In this document: positions 29,509 through 39,620 of the stretch, in pieces
Layout of the letters: each line of letters begins with the position of its first letter
How positions within the stretch are numbered: the stretch's first letter is position 1
Assembly (NCBI GenBank): GCA_963722255.1
Contig: CAVRJO010000002.1
Location: forward strand, 352,001-416,000
Origin: Candidatus Babeliales bacterium
GTDB lineage: Bacteria > Babelota > Babeliae > Babelales > JANWKD01
DNA length: 64,000 nt
Direction: 5' to 3'
The notes under the pieces: generated by a model
Databases searched by the model: none
Seen by the model: only the letters and a program-made list of their open reading frames with translations
Told to the model about the DNA's origin: nothing
Translations under genes and position numbers: made by a program

Positions 29509-30663
29509 TTATTGATAATGAACTCTCTTCATATGCTTCTTTAAACCATCATCATAGAAATAAGATTTTGGACATTCAGAACACTTAAACTCTTTTTCAC
29601 GATTCGGATTATGTACTTGTAAATGTCTTTCAAAATCAGTTCTTTGTACAAAGCGTTTTTTACATGTTGAACAGCAATAAGGTTTTATATTTTCATGCTT
29701 AGATTTACTATGATTAGAGTAACTGTAGAAATTATAAAAACCTCTATTACATATCTCACACCAATGTTTATACTTCTCCCGATGTATTATTTTATGTGCT
29801 TCAAGTTCCTCCTTTTCTTTAAATGTTTCAGTACAATGAGGACATCGATTTGTTTCGTGAACATCTTTTATATGTCTTTCTAAATTTTGCTTATTAGCTA
29901 ATCTCTTACCACATTGTGAACATTTAAATGAAGCAAAAACGTTCCCAGAGCCTTCAATTTCATGAACTTTTTTCATGTGTGTTCTTAAATTTTGCTCATT
30001 TGCCAACCTCTTACCACAGTGTAAACATTTAAATGAACTAAAAGCAGAACCTTTTTTAGTAAATACTTTTTTTATAGGGAGAGTTTTTATATCTTTTTTT
30101 TTGGATTTTAATTTTTCCATACAAACTGCCAAATTGGCAACCGAAGATTTAATAAAGTCTAATTCATACGTAGCTGAATTCAACTCACCATTAATAGCTT
30201 TCAAATAAATATCCAAATGAGATTCAACTTCAGATAATTTCTGTTGTAACTTATCTTTATGTATTTTTATATGATCCATAAGTAAGCCTGGTTCATTAAA
30301 TTTTTCAAAACATCGAGGACATCCAAAACTCTCAAAGCTATCAATCTCCGATTGTTGAAAAAAAGATTGATTATTTATATTAAAACCATGATCAACTTCT
30401 GTAATTCCAATATTCCAATTAGTTATGCTATCTCCGTCTAGTGTCATGTTGAGTGTACTTAGACCCTCGATTTTTTGATCATCCAGCTGATCAAAAAATC
30501 GAGTAGACCCTAAAAAGGCTTCAGATTCATTATCAGAAAATCCATCGTCAGAGAAAAATGAAAAAGCAGATGGCAATGGAGCAAATAAATCAAAGGGATT
30601 ATCTTTATGCATTCCAAAAAGAGTTGTTGTAGAAAAAATTAATACGAAAAACAAGTAGTTCAT
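29509..30663 (-). CDS. Secreted protein with seven C2H2 zinc fingers
   Basis: Signal peptide MNYLFFVLIFSTTTLFG|M; seven Cx2Cx12Hx3-4H motifs. Confidence 0.92.
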   Translation of the reverse strand: MNYLFFVLIFSTTTLFGMHKDNPFDLFAPLPSAFSFFSDDGFSDNESEAFLGSTRFFDQLDDQKIEGLSTLNMTLDGDSITNWNIGITEVDHGFNINNQSFFQQSEIDSFESFGCPRCFEKFNEPGLLMDHIKIHKDKLQQKLSEVESHLDIYLKAINGELNSATYELDFIKSSVANLAVCMEKLKSKKKDIKTLPIKKVFTKKGSAFSSFKCLHCGKRLANEQNLRTHMKKVHEIEGSGNVFASFKCSQCGKRLANKQNLERHIKDVHETNRCPHCTETFKEKEELEAHKIIHREKYKHWCEICNRGFYNFYSYSNHSKSKHENIKPYCCSTCKKRFVQRTDFERHLQVHNPNREKEFKCSECPKSYFYDDGLKKHMKRVHYQ

Positions 30664-30857
30664 GGCATTCTTTCAAAAAATAAATAAGGGATGTTAAGAA
30701 AGAGTATCTATTTTTAAAGAAAATTCCAGAATTTCTCTTACTTAAAAGCATTTTTTGAAAGAATACAAAAAACCAATTTTACGAAAACAACAAAAAGAAT
30801 TATACTCAAAAATATATACAAAAAATGTATCTCACGCTAAATGAATGGAAACTATTT

Positions 30858-32063
30858 ATGAATTTTCGTATTACTCATTTTTTATTACTTTTAAGCTTTA
30901 TAGTCACATCCTATTTTAGTTGGAAAGGGTATCACTATTTTTTTGATAAAGAAAATCCAACGATTTCACTGATAGGTATTGAAGATAAGGCATATTATGC
31001 AAATGAGATGCAATGCGTTCTTAACGCACAAGATCGATATAAAGTTTCTGACATTTCAGTATGGCTTGATGGCAAATTACTGATAAATAAATTTAAAATA
31101 AATGCCTGCTCTTGCGAACATCCCTTTTTTATTTCAACAAGAACATTAACAAATGGAAATCACACCTTAAAGGCAGAAGCAGTTAATGGCACCTATAATC
31201 AAGGAAAAACATCAAAAGAGGTTTCTTTTTTTGTAGATAATACACCGTTACAAGCTGCATTCATACGACCTGAAACTGATTATAGGGTATTTCAAGGAAG
31301 AACACTTCATATTCAATTTCAAATGAACAAAGATATTAAATCTGCTCAAGTACAAGCACTATCAAATACGTATCCAGCTTTTCAGGAAGCAAAAAATTCA
31401 CCGATTTACGAATGCTTTATTCCCATTACCTGTGAAGAAACGCCCAATGAATATATAGTGACCGTACATATTGTTGATCACGTCGGCAATAGCCTAGCTC
31501 TTGAAGCAAAATTCCAGGTGGTTGCATTTCAATTCAAAAAACAAAATCTTCATATAGATCCAGCAAAAGCGCAAATGGAAAAGGAAGCGGGCATTGCTGC
31601 AGCACAGTTAGAGAATGATTTAGAACGGTTAGTAAAACTTTCTCCGGAACAAAAATTATGGCAAGGAATTTTTTATCCTCCTATTGATATCAAAGCAATA
31701 ACCACCGAATACGGAACCATTCGAACAACACAAGAACGAGGGCGCTATGCTCATAAAGCCGTAGACGTAATTAATACACCAAAATCGGTTGTTTGGGCAA
31801 CGCAGGATGGTATTATAGTCATTAAAAATCGTTATGCACATAGCGGAAATACTGTTGTTATTGATCATGGCTATGGAATTTTTTCACTTTTTTATCACCT
31901 TGATTCTTTTGCAGATATCAAGGTTGGTGACAAAATTAAGCGTGGAAATCCAATTGGTACATTAGGCAAAACCGGTTATGCAACGGGAGATCATTTACAT
32001 TGGGAGATGAGAATTAATAATATACCTGTAGATCCAATGCAATGGATAAAGCATAATTTTTAA
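30858..32063 (+). CDS. M23 family metallopeptidase with N-terminal membrane anchor and Ig-like domains
   Basis: HKAVD (HxxxD), GNTVVIDHG, YHL, TGYATGDHLHWE, VDP. Confidence 0.92.
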   Translation: MNFRITHFLLLLSFIVTSYFSWKGYHYFFDKENPTISLIGIEDKAYYANEMQCVLNAQDRYKVSDISVWLDGKLLINKFKINACSCEHPFFISTRTLTNGNHTLKAEAVNGTYNQGKTSKEVSFFVDNTPLQAAFIRPETDYRVFQGRTLHIQFQMNKDIKSAQVQALSNTYPAFQEAKNSPIYECFIPITCEETPNEYIVTVHIVDHVGNSLALEAKFQVVAFQFKKQNLHIDPAKAQMEKEAGIAAAQLENDLERLVKLSPEQKLWQGIFYPPIDIKAITTEYGTIRTTQERGRYAHKAVDVINTPKSVVWATQDGIIVIKNRYAHSGNTVVIDHGYGIFSLFYHLDSFADIKVGDKIKRGNPIGTLGKTGYATGDHLHWEMRINNIPVDPMQWIKHNF

Positions 32064-32084
32064 AAAAAACTAAAAGGAGAATAA

Positions 32085-32696
32085 ATGGCTGATTTTTTCT
32101 TTAAAACGACAAGAATTCAGGCCCTCCTTATATCAGTTCCTAAATCACTACGCGCGATCTCTACATTATTTTTGTTGACAATCTTATTTTTGATTTGGTT
32201 TATCTGCGTCTATAAACCTTTATTCAGATACAATCATCAACAACAAACTCATTATACGAATATTCAGTCAATGCATGCTATTGGCAATAAAACTGTTGAG
32301 AAAACTAACAAAATAGAGAAACTTATTAAAAAAAAAGATACAATTTTAACTAAAAATAAAAAAAGTATAGTAGTAGATTCTTGTAACTCACCAGAAGAAA
32401 TCACTAATAAAATAGTTGCTACTCTTTTTGATTATGCTCATAAATCTCAACTAACGGTTACCAGACATACTCCTTTGAATTCAACGGAAACTGATTGGTT
32501 TTTATCATTTCATACTACCAATGAATTTCAAGGTTCTTTCAATTCGCTACTAAAATTTTTACAAAGTCTTTCAGACAATAGTCTAGGAATTCATATCAAT
32601 AACATGAGCATAGGCAAACAAAATGACTCTTCATTAATCCTCACTTTACAATATACCATTAATCACCTTAAAGAGAGCTTCAATGAAAAAAAATAA
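32085..32696 (+). CDS. PilO/GspM-like inner membrane protein
   Basis: One TM, coiled coil, C-terminal FQGSFNSLLKFLQSL...IHINNMSI pattern. Confidence 0.5.
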   Translation: MADFFFKTTRIQALLISVPKSLRAISTLFLLTILFLIWFICVYKPLFRYNHQQQTHYTNIQSMHAIGNKTVEKTNKIEKLIKKKDTILTKNKKSIVVDSCNSPEEITNKIVATLFDYAHKSQLTVTRHTPLNSTETDWFLSFHTTNEFQGSFNSLLKFLQSLSDNSLGIHINNMSIGKQNDSSLILTLQYTINHLKESFNEKK

Positions 32697-32937
32697 TATC
32701 GGATTCTTTATTCATCTCATACTGTTTGTTTTTACATTACAATGTGAGCAATATTCAGGAAGAAACCCCTTTGAATTTAAACAAGAACAAGGCGTAATTA
32801 ATGATGAGATTCCTCATCTTAAATCAGAAACATTAAGTAAATGGAATATAAAAGAAAATGGCGACGAGCTCATTGTGATTGAAAATATCGATGATGGACA
32901 AATTAGGACTATAGAAATCGCACCATTCGATCATTAA
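32683..32937 (+). CDS. Small exported protein, possibly PilP-like
   Basis: Overlaps the PilO-like gene; signal peptide then RNPF motif. Confidence 0.4.
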   Translation: MKKNNIGFFIHLILFVFTLQCEQYSGRNPFEFKQEQGVINDEIPHLKSETLSKWNIKENGDELIVIENIDDGQIRTIEIAPFDH

Positions 32938-33186
32938 AAAAATTCCCTCCAACTTACGTAAGCTGAAGGGTTAGGGGGTGAATAATACCGAAGTACTATT
33001 CATTTTAGGGACATTATATTTCTTTTAAATTATCGAAATCCTAACAATGCATTTATGCATTGTCAAGAAATTTTAGATATATGTCCTTTCTGAACAAAAT
33101 ACAAATTTTCAAACTTATTATTTTGGGTTAGTTTAATTTCTGGTATACTAAAGAATATTTTTTTTGGTTTAAATGTAAGGATTCTC

Positions 33187-34644
33187 ATGGCAGAGCAAAC
33201 ATCAATTCTAGATCGTTACCCAGAATATGAATGTACTATTGGTATAGAAGTGCATGTTCAACTTAAAACAAAAAGCAAAATATTTTGCCGTTGTTCTAAT
33301 GAGCCATGCCAAGAACCTAATACCAATATATGCCAAATCTGCTGTGGGCACCCGGGCGTTTTACCAGTTTTAAATAAACAAGTGGTTCAAAGCGCAATTT
33401 TGGCAGGTCTAGGAACAAATTGTACCATTTCCCCTGTTTCTGAGTTTGCTCGTAAACATTACTTTTATCCGGATTTACCAAAAAATTATCAAATTACTCA
33501 AAGTGATGAGCCGATCTGCAAAGAGGGTCATATTACTATTCGACTATCCGATGGAACCAAAAAAAATATTCGCCTCATTAGAATTCACATGGAAGAAGAT
33601 GCAGGAAAAAACATACATGCCGATAAAACTAATGAAAGTTTTGTTGATCTAAATCGAACTGGAACACCATTACTTGAAATCGTAAGCTATCCCGATATTT
33701 CAACTATTGAGGAAGCAAAGGCATACCTCAAAACATTACGACTTATTGTTGTTTATCTTGGCATTACCACGGGAAACATGCAAGAAGGATCATTTAGAGC
33801 TGATACCAATGTTTCTGTACGCAAAAAAGGAGATCCAAAACTCGGAACACGCGCAGAACTAAAAAACATCAACTCTTTTAAATTTATTGGCGACGCTATC
33901 GAATATGAAATTGAACGGCAAATTGAACTTTTGGAATCAGGGCAAAAGGTTAAACAAGAGACACGTTTATGGGATACTAAACATCATGTTACCCGCTCTA
34001 TGCGCTCTAAGGAAGAAGCGGCCGATTATCGCTATTTTAATGATCCTGATTTACCTTTAGTTGTCATCACACAAGAAGAGATTGAAGAAGTAAAAAAGAC
34101 GATGCCTGAGTTACCTGAACAACGTTTTGAACGCTATTGCACTCAAAAAGGCATTTCACCGTATGAAGCTGAAATTCTTATTGAAGATCAAGAATTATCT
34201 GACTATTTTGAAAAGGCATCCGCACATTCTTCAAGCAAAACTATAATCAACTGGATTTTGCGCGACCTCATGGGCTATTTAAAAAATGAAAAAATAACAC
34301 TTGCTGAATGCAAAGTTACCCCAGAAAAGCTTGCGCAATTGGTTGATTTGCTTGAAAAGGGAGTCATTAACAATAAAGCAGCACAAGAAGTTTTTATACT
34401 TGTTGCAAAAACAGGAAAAAGTCCTGCGGAACTCGTAAAAGAACATGGCTTTGAACAGATTCAATCAACAGGTGAAATTGAAGCGATCATTAAACAAATT
34501 ATTGACCAAAACCCTGCTCAAGTTGCTGAATATAAATCGGGAAAAGAAAAAATGTTTGGTTTCTTTGTTGGATTAGCCATGCAAAAAACACAAGGCAAAG
34601 GAAATCCAAAGATTATTCAAGAGTTGCTGAAAAAATTGTTATAA
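33187..34644 (+). CDS. gatB: Asp/Glu-tRNA amidotransferase subunit B
   Basis: IGIEVHVQL, RKHYFYPDLPKNYQITQ, HMEEDAGK, DLNRTGTPLLEIVS, MRSKEEAADYRYF. Confidence 0.98.
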   Translation: MAEQTSILDRYPEYECTIGIEVHVQLKTKSKIFCRCSNEPCQEPNTNICQICCGHPGVLPVLNKQVVQSAILAGLGTNCTISPVSEFARKHYFYPDLPKNYQITQSDEPICKEGHITIRLSDGTKKNIRLIRIHMEEDAGKNIHADKTNESFVDLNRTGTPLLEIVSYPDISTIEEAKAYLKTLRLIVVYLGITTGNMQEGSFRADTNVSVRKKGDPKLGTRAELKNINSFKFIGDAIEYEIERQIELLESGQKVKQETRLWDTKHHVTRSMRSKEEAADYRYFNDPDLPLVVITQEEIEEVKKTMPELPEQRFERYCTQKGISPYEAEILIEDQELSDYFEKASAHSSSKTIINWILRDLMGYLKNEKITLAECKVTPEKLAQLVDLLEKGVINNKAAQEVFILVAKTGKSPAELVKEHGFEQIQSTGEIEAIIKQIIDQNPAQVAEYKSGKEKMFGFFVGLAMQKTQGKGNPKIIQELLKKLL

Positions 34645-34671
34645 AGGCTATCTATTTACACCATAAGGTAT

Positions 34672-36171
34672 ATGCATTTGAAAAGAAGAGTTTTACTAGT
34701 TATTTTATTCATTGTGAATATAGGCATAAATACACCAAGCTCTCATGCTATGGAAGAGATCGAAAAAGAACCTCAAGAACTTTTGCCTCGTTTGCCACCG
34801 GAAATAACTTTGCCTATATTAAATTTTGCAACAAATGAAAAAGGAAAAGATGCACAACACCCTATATTTAAACTTGGAAATAACTATTATTTTTTCAAAC
34901 CTATTGCTAGGGAAACATGCTACTTAAGAATGAAAAACCCTCATGCACACGAGAGTTATTCAGTAAGTAGAAACATGAATAGATTACATATTTTGCTTGG
35001 TACCGGAATGAATCTGTTTTCTCAGCAATGTTGGCTTGGCAAAAATGTATATCATGGTAATAACTTTTATAGAATTGATGATGATATTACCATGCAGCGA
35101 TATCTTAGAAATGAAAAAAAAGAGATAGAAAGTCATCACTTCGATGGAATCAATGACAATAATCTATTTTTAATTATGGCTCATGGTAAAAAATTTAGCA
35201 GATTTTATATAGGAAAAATCGATCAAAGGCATAATCAATATTATGACAATAACAGCCGTAACTATCGCACACACGTTCCTCTCAATGATGATAATCAGCC
35301 ATTTGATTATGTATCAAATAATTATAGGGGACAAATTTCAGCATTCGCATTGTGTAAAACTATTAATAGATGTGCAATTGTAGATGAACATAAGAAAGTT
35401 GAGGTTTATACTATTGTAAGCAATGATAATGATGATGAGTCCATGCAAGTATCTCTTTCATCATCGAGAAACACCCCTGCTCACCTAAAACAAATTTCAT
35501 TTATTACACCAAATACACTTCTTGCATTATCTAACAAAGGGAAACTATTCATCGTTGCTGCTGATGCAGGTCAACCCATACAATTTTATAAACAACGCAT
35601 CAAAACTCATGGCAGTAAAAAATTAAACTTTATCAATATTGCCATTGATGCATGCCACCCCTATCAAATACTAATGCATACCCGTGATAATCATCTTATA
35701 TTCTGGGACATTAAACACAAAATTTTAATACCTCTGATACAACCAAAAGAGCAAATTCAAGATATATGGTTTTATGACGATGCATTTGGTTGTTTAGACT
35801 TACCTAGAAAAGATGTTGGTGATGAAACAATTACCGGTTGGTCAACAAATTTTACAAAGTATAGATTAAAACTTTTTTCACCTGAAAATATAGCTTCTAA
35901 CTTATTAGAAGAGTATAGTTCTCAAACAACAGTCACTCCATTCGAAAAAAAATCAAAAAAATCCTTTATTAAAAAGCATTTTAATGAAAAATTACTTAAA
36001 CCATTGGGAATTTCTGCAAGTTTAGTTGCTGGGTCTTTAGCCGCTTATTACGCACTAAAAAAATTAGAATTAAGCGACTCATTCTTTAACTACCCATTGA
36101 TTATTGGAAGTGGAATTGTAACTGCTTTAGGTGGCAATTATCTAATAAATAGATTGCTTAGCAAAAACTAA
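34672..36171 (+). CDS. Secreted protein with F-box-like motif, beta-propeller-like region and C-terminal TM pair
   Basis: ...SSHA|MEE; LLPRLPPEITLPILNF; WD-like LIFWD; two C-terminal hydrophobic helices. Confidence 0.7.
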   Translation: MHLKRRVLLVILFIVNIGINTPSSHAMEEIEKEPQELLPRLPPEITLPILNFATNEKGKDAQHPIFKLGNNYYFFKPIARETCYLRMKNPHAHESYSVSRNMNRLHILLGTGMNLFSQQCWLGKNVYHGNNFYRIDDDITMQRYLRNEKKEIESHHFDGINDNNLFLIMAHGKKFSRFYIGKIDQRHNQYYDNNSRNYRTHVPLNDDNQPFDYVSNNYRGQISAFALCKTINRCAIVDEHKKVEVYTIVSNDNDDESMQVSLSSSRNTPAHLKQISFITPNTLLALSNKGKLFIVAADAGQPIQFYKQRIKTHGSKKLNFINIAIDACHPYQILMHTRDNHLIFWDIKHKILIPLIQPKEQIQDIWFYDDAFGCLDLPRKDVGDETITGWSTNFTKYRLKLFSPENIASNLLEEYSSQTTVTPFEKKSKKSFIKKHFNEKLLKPLGISASLVAGSLAAYYALKKLELSDSFFNYPLIIGSGIVTALGGNYLINRLLSKN

Positions 36172-36695
36172 TTCCAAATAAAAACATCATTAAAATTGTC
36201 ATTAGCCTCATCATTATCATCTAAGGATAATGATACTACAAGTTCATTAATCTGTTTTTTATTAACTCTTTTTTCTAAAATAGCACCTTTTCCATTTGGA
36301 AGCATAATAATATTGCTTCCAAGCTTCCTAATAAGTTCAATGATCTCTTCATTTCTATTACGTAAAGCATAGAGCAACGTTCGACTTCCATGAGTAGGTC
36401 CTGCTACAATTCTTTTTCCATGATTTTCTAAAAGAGATCTAACCATAGAAGCATCATCTAATGCGATAGCCAGATGTAAAAAATAGGTGTCATATGAAGG
36501 AAATTTAATAATACCGCGTGGTGGATACAAAAAAACACTTTTACCACGACCGGTATTTAAATAACACTCCAGCTCTTCATAATAAGCTCTTTTTTCTTCT
36601 TCAGAACAATTTTTCTTTACTTGAAAACGCATTTCCATAGCCGCTGCACCATAGAATGAAAACAATACAATACAAAATAAATTTTTTAAAATCAT
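36168..36695 (-). CDS. Secreted ankyrin-repeat protein
   Basis: ...GAAA|MEM; FLHLAIALDDASMVRSLLE and TLLYALRNRNEEIIELIRKLG. Confidence 0.75.
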   Translation of the reverse strand: MILKNLFCIVLFSFYGAAAMEMRFQVKKNCSEEEKRAYYEELECYLNTGRGKSVFLYPPRGIIKFPSYDTYFLHLAIALDDASMVRSLLENHGKRIVAGPTHGSRTLLYALRNRNEEIIELIRKLGSNIIMLPNGKGAILEKRVNKKQINELVVSLSLDDNDEANDNFNDVFIWN

Positions 36696-36767
36696 ACAAT
36701 CTTTCAACTCAAATAAAAATACAAATAAGTTATTTTTGTAAACAATAGCTTATTTGTACAACAAAAG

Positions 36768-36797
36768 CAATGGGCCTGAAATATTTCAGGCCCATTG
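36768..36797 (-). terminator. Intrinsic terminator of the S9 peptidase gene
   Basis: caatgggcctgaaa-ta-tttcaggcccattg perfect stem followed by a T-run on the minus strand. Confidence 0.8.
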
Positions 36798-36830
36798 TAT
36801 ACTATCTAGAATAGATTTTGCAATTAATTT

Positions 36831-38741
36831 TTATGCTTCGTAGCTTCCACCCAAATGTTTAGCTAAAAACTTTTCAACAGCTTGATAATATTTTAATCTA
36901 TTTTCTTGCCGTACAAAGCCGTGCCCTTCATCAGGGAAAAGCAGATATTCATATTCAAGCCCTTTTGCTTTCATCGCTTCTACAATCTGCTCTGATTCTG
37001 CCTGCTTAACACGTGGATCATTTGCTCCTTGTGCAATTAAAATTGGAATTTTTATTGCATCAACTTTATTAACCGGTGAAATCGATTTTAAAAACTCTTC
37101 ATCCGTTTCAGGATTTCCAACACGATTATAAAATACCTCTACCATTGCTGACCAATAAGGTGGAATTGATTTAATAAGAGTAATAACATTGCTTGGCCCT
37201 ACAAGATCAACTGCACAACGATAAAGATCTGGCGTAAAGGTTGCACCAGCGAGTGCTGCATAACCACCATAAGAACCACCGTAAATTGCAATACGTTTGG
37301 GATCAGCAATACCTTGTTTAATAGCCCAATCAACGCCATCGGTAAGATCATCCTGCATTGCCTTAGACCATTGCTTATTGCCAGCATTCACAAATGACTT
37401 ACCATAACCTGTTGAACCACGATAGTTAATCTGCAAAACAGCGTATCCCCGATTGGCCATCCACTGCACCTCAGGGCTAAATCCCCATGCATCACGAGAC
37501 CAAGGTCCTCCATGTACATTTACTATCAGAGGAAGATTCTCTTTTTTGTCGCCGCAAGGGTAAGTCAAGTAGCCATGAATCAATAAGCCGTCCCGAGCAT
37601 GAAATTCAATGGGTTCCATATGAACCAAAGCATATTTTTTAAAAATTGGCTGATGATCAAATAAAAACTTTTTTTCTTGCGTTCTTATATTATAAAGCCA
37701 ATATGCTATTGGACCATTATCTTTAATATATGCAACAGTCCACAACGAATTATCTAACGTACGACTTCCAACAATGATATCGCCTTGATCAATCAATGCA
37801 AGCTGTGAAAATATGTCCTCAGTCGCTGCATCAAAAAATATCCAATTTTGACGATCCTTTTCATAACTTAATGCTAATGGTTCTAACGAATCTTGATCAA
37901 CGAACAAACTGCCAGATATGTCATATTCAGGATCCGTCGCAAGTTGAATGATTTCTCCCGATCTTAGATCGATTTTGATAAATCTACTGGTATTGGATGA
38001 ACGAGAATCGGAAAGAAAGATATAATTCCCATCTTTTGAAAAATATATATTATTAGGAGCTTCATCTTGAGGAGTCCATGTTCCGATTTCTCTCCACTCA
38101 TCTTTAACTGTTTTGCGAACAAAAAGCTTATAACCACCATTCTCAAGCGATTCGACTTTGCCTAAAATATCTAAATTATTATCTGCAATCCATTCAACAA
38201 CTCTTCCGGGATTTTCTTCTAATAACTTTAATTCTCCCGTTGCAGTATTGAGCTCGTACACATCATGAGATTTAGGATCACGTTTATTGATCCCTAAAAG
38301 CATTCTCTCAGGAAATTCTTTAATGTATTCTACTAATCGCACCTGAACATTATCAAATGGGGTATATTCTTGGACTGAACCATCGGAAATAAGTACACTA
38401 TACAACCGCCAATTTTCATTTCCTTCTTGATCTTGCATATAGAAAATACGAGAATCATCATAAGACCACCAATAGCCAGTATTAATACCACGCTTGGTAT
38501 CATGAGTGATTGACCTATCATCTTCTTTATCAATACTGCGTAGCCAAATATTCATAACCGTGCCGACAGGCGCACAATAGGCAAGCTTATCGCCTTTTTT
38601 TGAAATTCTTAATTGCACCTTTTTTGCATGATTACCAAATAAAACTTCACGTGGGATTAATGAGCACCCTTTAGCCTTTACCTTAGAAACAATATAAATT
38701 CCTAAACATGCTGCCAACAAAACAATAATCAATTTTTTCAT
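36831..38741 (-). CDS. S9 family serine peptidase (prolyl oligopeptidase/acylaminoacyl peptidase-like)
   Basis: VHGGPW, NYRGSTGYG, GGSYGGY, GANDPRV, DEGHGF catalytic motifs. Confidence 0.95.
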   Translation of the reverse strand: MKKLIIVLLAACLGIYIVSKVKAKGCSLIPREVLFGNHAKKVQLRISKKGDKLAYCAPVGTVMNIWLRSIDKEDDRSITHDTKRGINTGYWWSYDDSRIFYMQDQEGNENWRLYSVLISDGSVQEYTPFDNVQVRLVEYIKEFPERMLLGINKRDPKSHDVYELNTATGELKLLEENPGRVVEWIADNNLDILGKVESLENGGYKLFVRKTVKDEWREIGTWTPQDEAPNNIYFSKDGNYIFLSDSRSSNTSRFIKIDLRSGEIIQLATDPEYDISGSLFVDQDSLEPLALSYEKDRQNWIFFDAATEDIFSQLALIDQGDIIVGSRTLDNSLWTVAYIKDNGPIAYWLYNIRTQEKKFLFDHQPIFKKYALVHMEPIEFHARDGLLIHGYLTYPCGDKKENLPLIVNVHGGPWSRDAWGFSPEVQWMANRGYAVLQINYRGSTGYGKSFVNAGNKQWSKAMQDDLTDGVDWAIKQGIADPKRIAIYGGSYGGYAALAGATFTPDLYRCAVDLVGPSNVITLIKSIPPYWSAMVEVFYNRVGNPETDEEFLKSISPVNKVDAIKIPILIAQGANDPRVKQAESEQIVEAMKAKGLEYEYLLFPDEGHGFVRQENRLKYYQAVEKFLAKHLGGSYEA

Positions 38742-38821
38742 AATATATCCTCTTTCATTAACTATATTTTTTTATAATCTACAGAAAATAACCACTCAAA
38801 TACAATAATACATACATCAAA

Positions 38822-39532
38822 TTATTCTATACTGAAAGTTTTAAGTTGAGCAACTTCTTTAGGGGTCAAAAATCTCCAACGACCAATTGATAAATCTTTC
38901 TTTGAAAGATCTGCATAACCTGTTCGATCGAGCTTTACAACAGTATAACCAAAATGCTCGAATAATCTTCGTATAATGCGATTTTTGCCACTATGTAATA
39001 GAACTTTTAAACGGGTTCGAGTTTGATTAAGACTTTGCACACTATCAACATATGCTTCTCCGTCACTAAGAGTAACGCCATTTTTTAAAGCCTCTGTATC
39101 TCTGAAATCAAAAGATCTATTTAAGGTAACAATATAGGTTTTTGTAATCTCATAGCGTGGATGTGATAATCGTTGAGCGAGAGTACCATCATTTGTTAAA
39201 AGCAAAAGTCCAGTTGTATCTCGATCAAGTCTTCCTACCGGCTTAAGATTTTGTGTAATTTTAGAATCCACAAGAAGATCAACTACTGTAGGACGGTTTT
39301 TTTCATCGCTTGTGGTAGTTATATACCCTTTTGGTTTATTTAACAAAACATAAACATTCTGTTCAAGAACAACTAATTTTTTATTGACACGAACTGCATC
39401 AGTTGATTTAACTAAATATCCAGGCTCTGTAATAACCCAATTATTTATAGAAACAACTCCTTGTTTAATGAGTTCTGCCGATTTTCTACGGGAGCTTATT
39501 CCTGCATACGCTAGATATTTATTTAATTGCAT
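38822..39532 (-). CDS. RsuA/RluB-family rRNA pseudouridine synthase
   Basis: S4 domain LNKYLAYAGISSRRK; NKPKG; PVGRLDRDTTGLLLLTNDG; GKNRIIRR. Confidence 0.95.
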   Translation of the reverse strand: MQLNKYLAYAGISSRRKSAELIKQGVVSINNWVITEPGYLVKSTDAVRVNKKLVVLEQNVYVLLNKPKGYITTTSDEKNRPTVVDLLVDSKITQNLKPVGRLDRDTTGLLLLTNDGTLAQRLSHPRYEITKTYIVTLNRSFDFRDTEALKNGVTLSDGEAYVDSVQSLNQTRTRLKVLLHSGKNRIIRRLFEHFGYTVVKLDRTGYADLSKKDLSIGRWRFLTPKEVAQLKTFSIE

Positions 39533-39620
39533 AGTGAGATCTTTATAGTTAATCAATAGGTTACAAATAATTTAATATAATCATTGTAACCTATTGATAA
39601 TTTTAAAGCCAAAAAAAATC

